From the human T2T-CHM13v2.0 reference genome, Homo sapiens, in the NCBI RefSeq assembly GCF_009914755.1, contig NC_060927.1: a stretch of DNA of 64,000 nucleotides. One strand, written 5' to 3'. The position numbers and the translations under genes were made by a program. Each line of letters begins with the position of its first letter. Position 1 is the first letter of the stretch. Below the pieces are notes generated by a model, which was not told the origin of the DNA, ran no database searches, and saw nothing but the letters and a program-made list of their open reading frames with translations. This document shows positions 40,111 to 57,498 of the stretch, piece after piece.

Positions 40111-40464
40111 ATCAAGCATCAAATGAAATCATGCTGGAGAAAGTTGAGGACCACCATTTTGCTGGTGAAATGTTCTATGACATTAAAAATTAGTCCTTTC
40201 TGAAAACATTAGGTATTTTTTTAAAAGACTACAGAAACCCAATCTAAGCAAGCTGGTCCCTGGTTCAGTGTGGGCAGGAACCGGTCATAGAGCTCACCTC
40301 ACTGCTCTGGGATGAACTCAGCTCCCCTCACCCCACAGGCATGTGCTGAGGTGACAGGAATATGAGCCATCTTTCCTTCCTTCCTCTATAATTTTGTCTT
40401 TTTTTCACATTTTTCTGTAGCTGATGAGTTTTATAATGGAAAAAACATTCCTTGGAGTCTCTCT

Positions 40465-40933
<469 letters not shown>

Positions 40934-40960
40934 TAGGACCCCAGGGAGGGGCTAGACTCA

Positions 40961-41842
<882 letters not shown>

Positions 41843-43418
41843 TCATTCAAAGCTCGGATATGAATGTTCTGCCTGACTGAAGGTTACACAGAAACACAGG
41901 GGTACGCGGGCTCAATCCAGCCTCCAGGACAGCCTGAGCCCAACCCGTAAGCTTGCCACATGTCTTTCCAAGGCTGTTTTTCAAAGAACCCTCTCATTCC
42001 TCCCTTTCAGAGAGGTTCAGAGAGTTTGAAAGCAGGCAGTTAACAGGTAGAGGTGGCAGGGGGACAGGGCTGGGTGCAGGAAGCAGAAGGGAAAAGTTCT
42101 CTTTGGCCTAAAGCAATTTATTCAAGTCGCATTTAATTGTATATTTTAATATGAGACTTCCAAATTTTATGCCACAATAAAGCAGACTAGCCTTTGAAAT
42201 GATAAAACTAACAACCTCATAGTCCTCATGGCTGGAGCAGCTGCCAGCGCGTCACCGCGTGTAATTAAAGGTCGGCGGCTGTAAGAGCAATTGTGTTTTC
42301 CTTGATTAGTACATGAAGGAACAGCTCTGTTTTGAATGCCCTGCGTGACTGGAGGTTACACAGAAACACAGGGGCACGTGGACTCAATCCAGGGAGCCCC
42401 ATTCCTCCACCTCATTGAGAAACTCACCTTCCTCATCACCTCCCCCATCCCAAATTCCTCTCAGGGAGCAATCCAAGAAGGAACAGAGAAATGCCATTAG
42501 GCCGATGAACAGGTTCAAGAAAGACATGGAAGGCTAGAAACCCAGAACATGGACCTTAGCAAGTCACTTCTGCCTTTGGGAATCAGTGTCCCATCCAGAC
42601 AGTGGGGACGTCACATGAGATAACCACTTACGGCAGCCTATCAGTCTATGAAAGAAATTATATCTTTTTACCCCATTTAATCTGGTAAAGAAGGACAAGA
42701 AGGAGGCAGAAGGGAACGAAGGAAGGAGAGAAGAGAGGACGTGAGGAAAGGAGACAGCCAGGCAATACTTGTTCCCAGTTCATGCTTGCATCCTCCTTGG
42801 CTCATTTCAGAGCCTCTTGCTGCACTGCCCGCCACACGCATGGCAATATAGTATTAATGTGCCCAGCCCAGACAGCCGTTCAACTAATGCTAATGAGCCT
42901 CCGTTCCACTGTCAGAGCCGCCACCTGAGTCCTTGGAATGACAGACCTTGTTCTCCCCAGCATGAGCCATTTCCTTCCTAGCAAATTAAGGAAAATGACG
43001 AGCTTGCTCCTCACAGCAGAGGACTCTGAAGACAGGAGCATCATGACTGTGCTTCTTAAAAGTGAGCAGGTGGAATGAACAAGTGGTTGGCAGTGTGGAT
43101 GCAGACCTGATGACAGGTGATGAAGAGGTGCGAGGTGCTGTCCAGGCTGATGTGGACGATCCCCCAGACTTACTCTGCTCTGACCAGCCCATCCCATCCC
43201 TCCGTGGAGGCCTTTCCTCCTGTCTGGAACGGAGCTGTGGTCCTCAGGTCTGGGGACTGTCTGAATCAGCTTCCTGGTCATGTCAGAGTACAATGGATCC
43301 ACCTATCCACTCGTTCATCTATTAGTGAATTTATTCTTACCCCTCCTGGCCGCAGAAAGGATTTGAGGCAATTTAAATAATAATAATAACAAGATAGCAT
43401 AAATTAAAAGTAGGAAGC

Positions 43419-43745
43419 GGCCGGGCACAGTAGCTCACGCCTGTAATCCCAACACTTTGGGAGGCTCACCCAGGTGGATCACTTGAGGTCAGGAGTTCGA
43501 GACAACAGGCCTGACCAACGTGGTGAAACCCCATCTCTAATGAAAATACAAAAATTAGCTTGATATGGTGGCACGCACCTGTAGTCCCAGCTACTCTGGA
43601 GGCTGAGGGAGGAGAATTGCTTGAACCCGGGAGGTGGAAGTTGCAGTGAGCCAGAGATCATGCCACTGCACTCCAGCCTGGGCGACACAGCAAGACTCCG
43701 TCTCAAAAATACATAAATAAATACATACATAAATAAATAAATAAA
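43419..43745 (+). mobile_element. Alu (S-like) with TSD
   Basis: TSD AAAGTA(G/A)GAAGC; (TAAA/TACA)n tail. Confidence 0.9.
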
Positions 43746-44390
43746 GTAAGAAGCAAAGAAGGAAGAAAGACAAAAGTGAGAGACTAAAATCCTGCAGCCA
43801 GCGGCACACGTGATTTATGCACTTGTCTGTATGGATGCTGGGCAATACAAATATCCACTTATTATTTTTTTAAAGGGATAGACTTGGCTGGCATACAGTT
43901 TTGCCCGACTCTTCTCCCTGCCTGGAATGCAGAGGTGGGAGGAGCTGCAGCCGTGGGGACAAATGCCACAGGCCACAGATGGTAGACGACGCCGTGGAGG
44001 TGCTGCACCGCCCTGGAGGGTCTGCCTCTGCGGTCGCTCGCTCCTGGGGAGGCACATGAGCACAGCCATCCCCGACTGGGCTACGCCAGCCTCTGCAGAG
44101 AGTCTGTTCCTCGCAGCCAATCAGGATGCTGATCCAGAAGGCAACTGAAGCCATGGCCAGTGGGAAACTGCCCAGGCGAGCAGAGATTCAGAAGGAGGGC
44201 GGGGCAGAGGCTTCGGGGCTCTCAGCGTTTAAAGGCTGGGAGAAGAGGTTGAGCCTGCAGGAGAGACCAAGGTGAGACAGCCAGAGACGGAGGGATGGGG
44301 AGGGGAACTCACCAAAGTAGACCATGCCTTGGCCTCTAAGCTTCCCAGCAGGCAGTGCAGTGGGGAAAAGGAGATCCCAACCATTTGCAT

Positions 44391-44757
44391 GGCCAGACGC
44401 AGGGGTGAGGGGCTGGAGAGGGGTGGGGTACCCTGGGCCCGGGCCAGACGCAGGGGTGAGGGGCTGGAGAAGGGTGGGGTACCCTGGGCCCGGGCCAGAT
44501 GCAGGGGTGAGGGGCTGGAGAGGGGTGGGGTACCCTGGGCCCGGGCCAGATGCAGGGGTGAGGGGCTGGAGAGGGGTGGGGTACCCTGGGCCCGGGCCAG
44601 ATGCAGGGGTGAGGGGCTGGAGAGGGGTGGGGTACCCTGGGCCCGGGCCAGATGCAGGGGTGAGGGGCTGGAGAGGGGTGGGGTAACCCTGGGCTGGGGC
44701 CAGATGCAGGGGTGAGGGGCTGGAAAGGAGTAGGGTACCCTGGGCCGGGGCCAGATG
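44391..44757. repeat. 51-bp G-rich VNTR, ~7 copies
   Basis: Unit GGCCAGATGCAGGGGTGAGGGGCTGGAGAGGGGTGGGGTACCCTGGGCCCG at 44391, 44442, 44493, 44544, 44595, 44646 and 44698. Confidence 0.95.
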
Positions 44758-46464
44758 AGCAATTCTCCTCAGGGTCCTTGCACAGTGGACGCTTTGTCAC
44801 TTGGTCCAAACGTCCCCGGCAACAGGCCTCCTAACAACAGAGCCGGGAGTGCCACGGGGTCGTCTCAGATTTTATCCACCACGTGACCCCAGCCCCTCAT
44901 GTCCAGCTTGGTTGAGGACGTATTTGAGGCCATCGGGAGGAGTGGATGAACTGCGTGTCTCCTTCCAGGATCTCTCCCTGAATAGTATTTCGTCGCACCT
45001 GAGCTTTTAAACATCAGGTGGCCGTGAGTCCGACCCTGACCTTTTGGCCAAGCGTTGAGGTGCAGGGCTTCCCCTCTCCAGAAAACACAGACTCACCACA
45101 CTGGAGTCGACCTCTTCTGATGAAATCACGCCGCCTAAGAAGAGAGAGCCTTTCAATGCCCAACAAAGGAAACACTTGGTTAATCTGAGCAAAATCAGGA
45201 ATTCCTCAGGAAGAAAGGAAGAGGCAGATGGGTTTCCAGCTGGGTATTTAAGTGACTTCCTATAATGCAGTCTATAAACTGAGTCCAAAGGGCTAGGCTC
45301 TGTTGAGGAGGGGGATGCCCTCAGGAAGCTGTGTGGCCTGGTTTCCTGTGATGAGCCCCACTTCTCCCGCAGGCCCCTCCTCGGTAAGGGAGGTCCGGGG
45401 AGCAACCCAGGCAGGGGCATCTGTTGCTTCACTGGCTCTCACACCCAGTCCCTGAGCTGCCCAGATGGCTCTGGTCTCCCTGCTGCCACAGCCTCAGGGA
45501 AACCCAAGAGCCGAGTGGTCCAGGGGCCCCGGGGAAGCAGAGAAGGTCCTTGAGTTCACGGCGCCGTCGTAGGGGCACATGGATGTCCATGGCCTGGAAA
45601 GGAACCTTTTTGCTTTTTTTTTTTTTTTTTTTGCAGTTGAGGGAACTGACTTTAGAGAAAACTTGGCCGGGGTCAAGCTGTGAGGAGCAACTGGGGGGTC
45701 CTCATTCATCCTGTCTCCCCAGCTTTGTGAGCGCCACATTCTTGCCCGCACAGGGAAGGCGCATTATCTGGCACCTCCTCACGGAATCTCACTTTTCCTA
45801 GCACAACAATGGGAGGTCCCTGGGTTGTTGCAACCTTACTCTTGCCCCTGTGGATGGCTTGGATTAGGCGCTCTTGGAACAATCACAGTGAGAAAGTGCT
45901 TTGTGACTTGTAAAGCTCTGCGTGAGGAAGGCCCGCTGGGCACCCATAAGGCACTGCGAGGCAGGCTATCCCAGGACTTGGTCTCTCCCTGTAGCATTTA
46001 GGGTTACACATTAGGTCAACAGGTGCTATTGTACCTGAGGTCAGAGCTCCTCCAACAGAGCCGTGAGGACAACAGCCAAGGTGCATTTCTGCAAAATGTG
46101 GTGAGGGCAGTAGGGATGCTCACGGGGACAGGGATGCCGGGGCGGGCACTTGCACCCTCTTCCACCTGCTCTGGGAAAGGGCCCTTTCTGCAGCTGCTTG
46201 AGTGTTCGGAGGGAGATTAGCAGGACTAGCCATTAAGGTGCAGCCTGGGGGAGGGCAAAGGGACAGGTGACAAATGAGGTGTGTCTTTGAAAGGATGGAG
46301 GCAGACTGGACAGGGAAGGAAAGTGAGGAGTAGGGAGAGACTCAACTCTGGGCATCGGAGCATCAGAGTGGGAAGGGCCCTCTGGTCCAGTCCCTCATTT
46401 TAGATGGGGACACTAAGGCCCAAGACGGGAAAGGACTCCCTCAAAGTCACACAGCTGGTCAGTA

Positions 46465-46552
46465 GCAGAGGGATGATCTGAACCCCGCTTTCAAACATGG
46501 CAGGATTGGCAGAGGGATGATCTGAACCCCGCTTTCAAACATGACAGGATTT
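46465..46552. repeat. 44-bp tandem duplication within a MIR
   Basis: GCAGAGGGATGATCTGAACCCCGCTTTCAAACATG(G/A)CAGGATT(G/T) twice, at 46465 and 46509. Confidence 0.9.
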
Positions 46553-47714
46553 GCATCTCGAAATGCCCCCCACTTTTCCATCTTCCCTAATCCCGTATCT
46601 GAAGCCTGAATATGGCCAGTGTGATCTGTGAGGTCCCCCCTTCTCCACTGTGGAGGACCAGGTGACCTGACACAGCATTATCAACCTCTCAGAGGAGAGT
46701 CACCTCACAGGGCCCTCCAATGGGCCACCTCACAGGGAAGGAATGGACGCGGGAGAGTCAAGTTGCAATAAAGGAAGGGCAGGAAGGAGGGAGAGGTCAG
46801 AGGCCCGGAGGGGATGCCCTGGGCAGGGGGAGGTGTGGGTGTCCAGAGGAAGAGGAAGGAAGCGGTGGACCAGACACACACTTGGGACCCCTCAGGTGGG
46901 CAGGGACCAGCCCTCCTGTAAGGACTATTAGTGAAACTATAACCGAGCTTTTCCAAAGACAACTAACTGGGAAAATAAAACCCGAAGAAGCATCTGTGGG
47001 CCAGGGAGAGGCCCCTTCCCTGGAAGAGCAAGCCGCAAGGAGCCTGCTGTTAGGACGGCTGGTGTTACATGTTTGTTTGAGGACATGGACTGATCCCAGG
47101 GCATTAAGCACCCAAGCCAACTCAACGCCTGCAGATGGCTCTTCCTCCCAGTGCAGCTCAGCTCCGCAAGTCCAAGGCCAATGTCTCAAGTGACCACTGC
47201 CTGGGCAGCAGGTTACACCCACACCCACCCAGCGCAATCCAGGGCAGGGGTGGCCGACCGCAGACCGTGTGAGGTAGAAGGAGCATTTCCCAGCCTCATG
47301 CCTGTCTCCATCAAATGCTGGAAATCCTTCTGGCTGTGGTTGCTGGGTCTCGGCCTGAGCTCCTCCCCGGGTGGGAGCTCATGGCGCACATGGTGACCAC
47401 TCCGGCCCTGGAGGGTGCTGACCAAGGTCTTCCTTGGACGCAGACAAAATCTAACCCCCTGTATTTCCTACCAATTTGTCCTCATTTTGTCCTTTGAAAC
47501 CACATAGGACAAGTCTCCTCCCTCTTCCTTGTATCACCCCTTTAACTGGTTCAACCCTGTAACCAGCAACCCTGAATCCTCTCTTCTTCAGGCTGAACAC
47601 CCCTGGCTCTTTTATCCAGTTTCCATGTGGCTGGGTTCCAGTTCTTCACCCCAGCACCTCTCTTTCTGCACTCTACCCTAGTTATTTTCTACTAAACTCT
47701 CTCTGCTTGCTTAA

Positions 47715-48075
<361 letters not shown>

Positions 48076-48614
48076 AGGCAGTGTTTTAAATCCTCCCTGC
48101 TCTAGGGACTTAAGAAGGTGGCTTCTCTACACACCCCTTCTCCTTCCTGTTAGCCCATGTCTTGACTCCCTGACCCAAGCTTCAAGGACCCAGACAGGAA
48201 AGCCACGCTTGCTCAGAGGCAAAAAATTATGAACACCTGTGGCTCATAAGAATTAAATATGTGTGACAAATCCTGATTTTCGAACACCTTTATAATAAGA
48301 AAGAAGAATATTGAGCTCTCTTAAGAGTAGTGGAGTCAAAAGGGGGATGTGCCCCAGTACCACAGCAGGTGTTGAAGGGACCCTGGGCCAGGTCCTTGTC
48401 TGGATGCCGGCTCATGCGTGACATGTTGGGCCAGTCAGGGGAGAGTTCACCCCGAGCACCTCCTACGTGCCCAGTTCTGTGCCAGCGCCATGGGAGAAAA
48501 ACTAATTAATACATAGCTCTTACCCCAAGGAGCCCAGTTAGGAAATCAGCGCATAGAGAATTACAGTGAAATGTGCTAGAGGCTGGGATGCAGACACCAA
48601 CATCGCGAAGGTTC

Positions 48615-49015
48615 ACTTCCTATCGTGGCCGAAACGAGGGATCACAAACCCGAAACAGACGTCACCGGGCTAACGTCAAGCTGTCAGCAGGGCTGCATTC
48701 CTGCCGGAGGCTCCAGGGTGAACACCTTCCTTGCCTTTTCCAGCTTCTGGAATCTGCCCACACCCCTTAGCTCACAGGCCCCTTTTCTCACCTCACAGCC
48801 AGCAGCGTCCCGTCTTCAAATCTCTCTGACTCCCCCCTCCTGCCTCCTTCTGTCCCTTACGAGGACCTGAGGGATCATCTAGGATCAGCTTATGTCTCAA
48901 GATCCCTCACCTAATCACTCCTAACGAAGCCTCTTTTGCCATCTGAGGTAACATATTCACAGGTTCTCTGAGATTCGAAAGGGGACATTTTGGGCGGCCA
49001 TTATTCTGCTCACCC
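48615..49015 (-). mobile_element. MLT1-type MaLR LTR
   Basis: CAAGCTGTCAGCAGGGCTGCATTCCT...CCTTGCCTTTTCCAGCTTCTGG...GGTAACATATTCACAGGTTC...GGCCATTATTCTGC. Confidence 0.65.
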
Positions 49016-50774
49016 AGGGAACAACTAACTCGGGCTGTGGGAAAGACCACATTTGAAAGGACCCTCTAAAGGCTCTGCAGGAGGTTTATGCAGAAAGAAA
49101 AAGGAAAAGGAGATTTATAAAGAAGAATACACTTGCCCAAAGCATCAAGACAAGAAAGCATGGCTCGTGTTTGTCCTTTTTTTGATTGTTTGCTTTTCTT
49201 TGTTTACTTTTCCACAAAGAGCCAGCATCTGCCTGATTGCCTCTAGCGCTGAGAGGCTCACGACTTTCCTAGAAACCCATCTTCTCTATTCAGTCCTGTT
49301 GACAGCTCTGAACGGACGATCTTCCTTAAATTGAGCCCTGATGTTTTCACAATCACCGGAAATGTTAGTAGACCTCACAATGCCCAGGAGTGACTTAGCT
49401 GGACCACGGTGAAGTACTGTGCAGTGGGAGGATCATGGTATGCAGGGGGTCTGGTATATCCAGGAGGTTCTCTGAGGCTCATCCTTGGAGAGATTGTGTT
49501 CTTCTTAAATGCACCTGGGCAGGTGGCCAGGTCAATGACTTAGCAGAGCAATACCATTCTCAAAGCTGGGTGCTCTGCGGAATTTCAGACGCCATCTCCT
49601 CTACTCCTTTGCTACAAATCAACTCAAAATAATTTGAACTGAGAATGAATTTGAACTTGAGCTTGAAGGGACAAAACCTTAGAAACCCTGACATTTTCCA
49701 TTTCTCTTTTGATGTCATTGGGAACATAAACTGCTAGGGGCTTAGAGCTGAGGAGGAGGCGCAACCCTCTTGCCTTCGTCCTGAGAGCAAGCTGGGGTGC
49801 TGGCCAGCCTCAGGTAGGCCCTGCAGTGGAGGTCAGATGGAGGGTATGGGAGCTCTGGGCTGTGGGGCCTGTGAGGGAAGGCTTGCCTGGAAGGCCTCCT
49901 GCACCCCTGCTAGCTCTCTGCATCTCTGTTAGCCTCCTCATTCCTGGGTGTCCTTCATGCTGCGCAGGAGTGTTCTGGGTTCTGCTCCGGGGTGTAGCCA
50001 ATGGGGCAGACCCCTGCCTTCCTGGTGTACCAGTGCCAGGAAAGCCTCTCCACTCAGGCGCACCTCCAGTTTACAATGCACTTTTACATCGATTGCCTTC
50101 TTTGGCCCTCAGAACACCCTGGTGTGAATGGGGAAACTGAGTCAGTGGCAGAGCTGAGACCAATTCTGCAGTTCCCAGCACACAAGGATGCCTCCTGTGG
50201 GCTCCGGATGGCTCCTGTTGTGTCCAGGCTGGGCCTGCAGTGACTGTCAGTCATGGCTTGCACCTGCATTTCTATCTCCTTTCTCTCACTTCCTTCTATC
50301 CCATCTGTTTCTCTCTCCACTCATTTTTCTCCCACATTCCTTTTTATTCCCACTGCTTTTCTCCATCTCATCATCCAAGACCTCCAAAAATAATGCTTAA
50401 TTCTCAGGGAGCCCTCACTAGGCTTAGAGGACTAGAACCCCTGTAAGTTCGCAATGGTCTATGACCACGAAAGTGAGTGTCCTCCTGGCACTTGCATCCC
50501 CCTGGCCAGCAGGGCCTGGGTTGGCAGCTGATCCAGTCCATGCCAGGAGAAGCAGTGGGCAGTGAGGGCAGGGGTGAGTAGCTCTAGGCCAGATGGCAGG
50601 AGACGAGCTCATGTGACAGGTCTGCCAGCTCAGATGTGTCAGTGCCCCGTCGTGGACCTCAGTGTTGTCATCTGTAAAGTGAAATAATAATACCTACCTC
50701 CCACAGGGGTTGGAAGGTTAAGAAAACTGACTTCGTGATGCCAGGTATATATTAGGTGTTTAATAAAGGTTCAT

Positions 50775-51740
<966 letters not shown>

Positions 51741-54067
51741 CTAACCCCCAGAGCCTGGACTTGGAAAGATCCATGCTGGGGTCATCAAAGCCAGGGAGCA
51801 CCTGGAAGCATCGACAGGGAGGTGGAAGGCGGGCGGGCGTCAGGGGCAGATGTTGCTCATTGTCTTCTTCCTCTAGGCCTCAGCCTCCAGTACCCTGGAC
51901 CCGCCCACTGAACTCAATGAATGTTTGTCTCTTTACGATGTTGATGGAATCATCCTGTAACATTCCAGGTGTCTAATGAGGGTGTGCACAGCTACTGGGC
52001 AGTGAGTCCTGGCATCGCCCTGCCTTTGGCACGCCCTGTAGCAATGGTGATTGTTTAAAAGCTGGGAAGCCCAGATTGACTTCTCCCAAAACAGACTCCA
52101 TCACTTCCGATGTCACCAGAGATCCAAAGCCCAACTTTTGTGATGGTCTCAGAAAGTGAAGTCAATGACAACATGCAGTGGGGGAGAGGGAGGAGACAAA
52201 GTGAGGAGGAAACCAGGACAAGGAGGACCCAACTCTGCCCAAGAGAAGTCAAGGAAACTTCTAGAGCTGGAAACTCAGAGAACAGAAATAGTTGGACTTT
52301 CAGTTAAAAACAAACAAACTGATGAAACCCAGTTAGCTCTTCTCCCTCCAAAGACCTCACTTAGATGGCAGTAAAAGAAATTGAAATGGTATTAGCCCAC
52401 AATGTCACAGGGAATGGGAGAGGATCAGCAATGGACTGGAGAGTTCAGCAAGTTTACAGAACAGAGCAGTTAAGGAGTAATAGATGAGGAAGAGAAAGCC
52501 ACAGCCAGTGTGAGCAGAGAGATCCCGTCTACTCAATGGAACCCCAGAGAGGTGTGAAGATGGATTACACCGGTTATGATGTAGAAAAGGCATGATCTGT
52601 GGGAATAAAAGCTAGGGAGTTGTTTAAAAGCTATTATAGTATAAGGCACGGTTGTGTCTGTTCCCATCCTTAGGAAAACAAACAAACAAAAAGTTAATTA
52701 AAGAAATTGCAAGATCCTAGAGAAATAACCCTCTGCAAACATTCTGGCTTGTAGAAGTTCCCAGTGTAACACTCAGCTTGCTCCCCCATACCCTAGAATG
52801 AAGTTGATAACCTCTGCCAGTGTGCACAAAGATCCCAAAGTCAGTTATTTTTATTGCCTTACTTTAAAAATATGAACCAACAACCAAGGGTTTAAGAGAA
52901 GCAAGCAAGCAAACAACAACAACAACAAAATGAAATACCAGAGAAAAAAGATGTAGTTTAGAAAGGGGAACTTTGAAAACTCAAAAATCTTAAACTCTAG
53001 TATTCTTAAAAAAAAAAACAAACTGCATCCATAAGACAAGAATGAGTCTATTTTTAAAAATTAACAGTGATTGCAGAAGTTAAAAATACAATTGCAGAAA
53101 TTAACATTTTTGCGTTAAGTGTTGGATGGAGTTGAGGAGTCTCTCAGAAGGTAGAAAAAGAAGGTAGAAAAAAGAGACTAAAAAGATGAAGAATAGAAAA
53201 AGCAAAAACAGATGAAAGGAGAGGACAAAGGAATTATCCAAAAAAGTATAACAGAATCTCACAAAAGTTAAAAGACATGAGTCTCCAGAGGACCCTGCAA
53301 ATGCCCCTTTGTGTGAATGAAATAAAGAACAATGTATGGCAAACATCAAATCAAAATCAGAACAGAGGACATAGAGAAGATCCTAAGGATGGCTGCCAAG
53401 AAAAAGAGAGGTCCCCTGTTAACAATGACAACAAATTCCCACCAGCACCCTTGGTGCAAGATGATCATTTGAATTTAGAATTCTCTTCCCAGCTAAACTA
53501 GCCATCAAGTATGAGAGAATAAAGAATATAGAAATTTGCTGGCAAGGACTCAGGAAAGGGGATATCCTTTGGATCCCTTTTCCTAAGTAGTTGTAAAATG
53601 AGGGAGTAGAAAAGAAAGAAGACATGGAATTTGGGAAATTGTGGAAGCAACCAAGGAAAGCTGAAGATCAGTTCTAGGAAACAGCCGGATAGGCGGCCAG
53701 AGTGGTTTCTAGAAATGCTAGAAAAATGAAGGAAGTGCTAGAAAGGAAACGTAATGACAGTGGACTATTTGGCACTATAGTAAATAATATTTACAAAGAA
53801 AACATATGAAGTCTTTTTTATTCATTTTCAAGTTTTTCCACAGTCACCAAAATTTTAGCTATAAGAGAATACAAAAGTGATCAGTCTTGACTGAAACTGG
53901 GAGGTGGAAGAGATAGATGAGCATGGGACAAATAGGAATATAGATGTCAGTGCACAGAACAAGGCATTCATAGAGACCGTCTGCAGTTGCTGGAACAAGA
54001 AAAAGGTGAACTTTAAAGTTACAAATGTAATCACTGGAAGAACTACATATAGTGCCAGAACTTTTAA

Positions 54068-54313
<246 letters not shown>

Positions 54314-54488
54314 TGAACTTCTGAGTGATCCGCCTGCCTCGGCTTCCCAAGAAACTTGTTTTTTAGGTCAAAAATGGTTGAACATAAAAAATGTAATACA
54401 ATTCAATCTAACATATGAGCAGAAATGTATAATATCAGTAAATTAAACTATTAAAAGTTTTTAAATCAAATCTTATTTTATTTTTTAA

Positions 54489-54853
<365 letters not shown>

Positions 54854-55099
54854 TAAATTATTTCTGTGTTTTATATAGCAGGTCCCTTCACCTTTTAGAG
54901 AGTAGTAAATCTAGCTTCTTTGTACAGACTTACAACTTATCTAAAGATTTCATCTTTTTACCTCATATTTGGGAGAAATTTCATGGATATATGTTGTCTG
55001 TTTTCCTATGCCTTCTAGCTCAAGCAACATATAGATCAATGTTAATTTTTTCTTTTTTAGATCTTATAAAAAAAAAAGCCAAAAACCCCACAATTCTTT

Positions 55100-55430
55100 G
55101 AAGAACGAAAGGGGGAAGCCAGCTGCCATGTCATGAGGACACTCAAGGGGTCCATATGGCAAGGACCCAAGGCTGCCTGCCGTGAGCCACCAGGGAACTG
55201 CCAACAGCGTGAGCGGGATATGTCGGAAGCAAATCCTCCAGCCGCAGTCATGATGATTAGAGCCCCAGCCAAGATTTTGATGGCAACCTCATGACAGACC
55301 CTGAGCCACAGCCACTCAACTAAACTACTCCCAAATTCTTGACCCTCAGAAACTGTGACGTAATGTATTTTATTGTTTTAAACCACCAAGATCTGGGGTA
55401 CTGGTTATGCAACAATAAATACCGAATACA
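55100..55430 (+). mobile_element. MLT1-type MaLR LTR fragment
   Basis: GAAGCCAGCTGCCATGTCATGAGG...TGGCAACCTCATGACAGACCCTGAGCC...CCCAAATTCTTGACCCTCAGAAACTGTG...GCAACAATAAATACCGAATACA. Confidence 0.65.
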
Positions 55431-56251
55431 CACATACAATAAAACCAGGCCACGAAGGTTTTCCAGGGGATTCTACAACACGTTCAAGGAAAAGATGATC
55501 CCAGTTTTTACGAACCATTCCAGAGAGAACGTCCCCACCCACTTTATGAGGCTGTATAACCTGATACCAAAACCAGTCAAGGATATTATTTTCAATGTAT
55601 AAGCAAATCTCACTAATGAACAGATAGTAAAAGTTCTAAACAAAACAGCAAGCTGAATTCAGCAATATATTTTAAATACACATAGCATGGCTTGGTTTAC
55701 TTCGGGAATGCAAGAATGAATTTACTTTTCCAAAATCTATAAATTTATTCACCATTTTAACACATTGAAGAAGAAAAATGATATGAGCATCTCAATAGTT
55801 AAGATAAAAATGGATAAAATCTAACTTTACTGATTATTTTAAAATATACTTAGCAAACTCAGACTAGAAACATCACATTTATTGATGAAACATTAGAGAC
55901 CTACCCTTTGCAACCAAGATAGTTCTAAGGATGCTCACTGTTCTGCTCAACATTATAGTGGAGGTTTTAGCCAGTGCAGGAAGATATTTTAAAACAGAAA
56001 AATAAATCAATAATGGGTGTAAGGTTTTAATAGGAAGAAGCAAATTATCAGAATTATTACTAGACATAAGATAATTATGTAAAAATAAATTACATTCTTA
56101 TATATTGGTAATAAAAATTAGAAAATACAACTTTTTTTATTTTTTTCTTTAGAAAATATAACTTTTTAAAAAGATGCCATCTACAATAGCAATGACAAAT
56201 CAAAAAAGAGGAAGGATACCTAGGAATAAATCTAACAAAATCAGTGCAAGG

Positions 56252-56517
56252 TTTCTTTTTTTTATATACTTTAAGTTCTAGGGTACATGTGCACAACGTG
56301 CAGGTTTGTTACATATGAATACATGTGCCAGGTTGGTTGGCTGCACCCATTAACTCGTCATTTACATTAGGTATTTCTCCTAACACTATCCCTCTCCCAG
56401 CCCCCCACCCCCCGACAGTCCAGGCGTGTGACGTTCCCCGCCCTGTGTCCAAGTGTTCTCATTGTTCAATTCCCACCTATGAGTGAGAACATGCGGTGTT
56501 TGGTTTTCTGTTCTTAT
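56252..56517 (-). mobile_element. Primate L1PA 3' end (~265 bp) inserted antisense into the old L1
   Basis: TATACTTTAAGTTCTAGGGTACATGTGCACAACGTGCAGG...CCCACCTATGAGTGAGAACATGCGGTGTTTGG. Imperfect TSD AGTG(C)AAGGTTT. Confidence 0.9.
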
Positions 56518-56659
56518 AGTGAAGGTTTTTATAAAAAAAATTCTAAAACATCACTGAAAGATTTAAAATGACGTAAATAAATGGGAAGATGAACCATGCT
56601 TACTGGCAAGAACACTAGGTATTGTAAAAAATACAGATTCTTCCCCAAATTAGTTTTAA

Positions 56660-56905
<246 letters not shown>

Positions 56906-57498
56906 TGATCCACCCACCTCAGCCTCCCAAAGTGCTGAGATTACAGGCGTGAGCTGTAAGTTCTATTAAAATCCCAGCAGGGTTTTTCAATGGAGTTGAC
57001 ATGCTGACCCTGAAATATTCATAGAATTGCAAAGAACCAAGAATAGAAGAAAAACAAGGTGGAGAGATGACCCTATACCAAAAATTATTAAAGCTCCAAT
57101 AATGGAGACCGTGAGTCTGGTATGGGACTAGACAAGTAGACCAATGGAGAACCCAGAAACCAACTCCCACAGCTGCAGAACCCAGAAACAAATGCCACGA
57201 TCCAGCTCTCCTGCTCCACATCCACCTGGTGGTGTTGGAGGATCCATTGCTCTGGATTGTGAGCACAGAGTCTGGCCACCCAGGGCTGAGGCCATCCGCA
57301 GGGGAAGACAGACTGATGTGAATGTAACCTCCAGTCTGAGAAAGTTCGGACTTACCCTTATACACAGAGAAAAATACCAACTCAAAGCTCTTCTTTAGAA
57401 ATCATGATGCCAATAATAATTGCTCATCCTTTAGTAATAATAGCTAACATTCATTAACATGTATTGCCTGCAGGCCGCTGGGCTAAGTCATTATATGC

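Noticed and set aside
42990-43200. Coding-looking minus-strand stretch, considered as a fourth LRR paralogue or pseudogene
   Set aside because: No LxxLxLxxN pattern or recognisable homology in the frames I read. A tblastn of the three proteins against 32-58 kb would settle it.
44229-44809. Overlapping repeat-protein ORFs on both strands
   Set aside because: Consequence of a 51-bp unit that lacks stops in most frames; no splice or promoter support.
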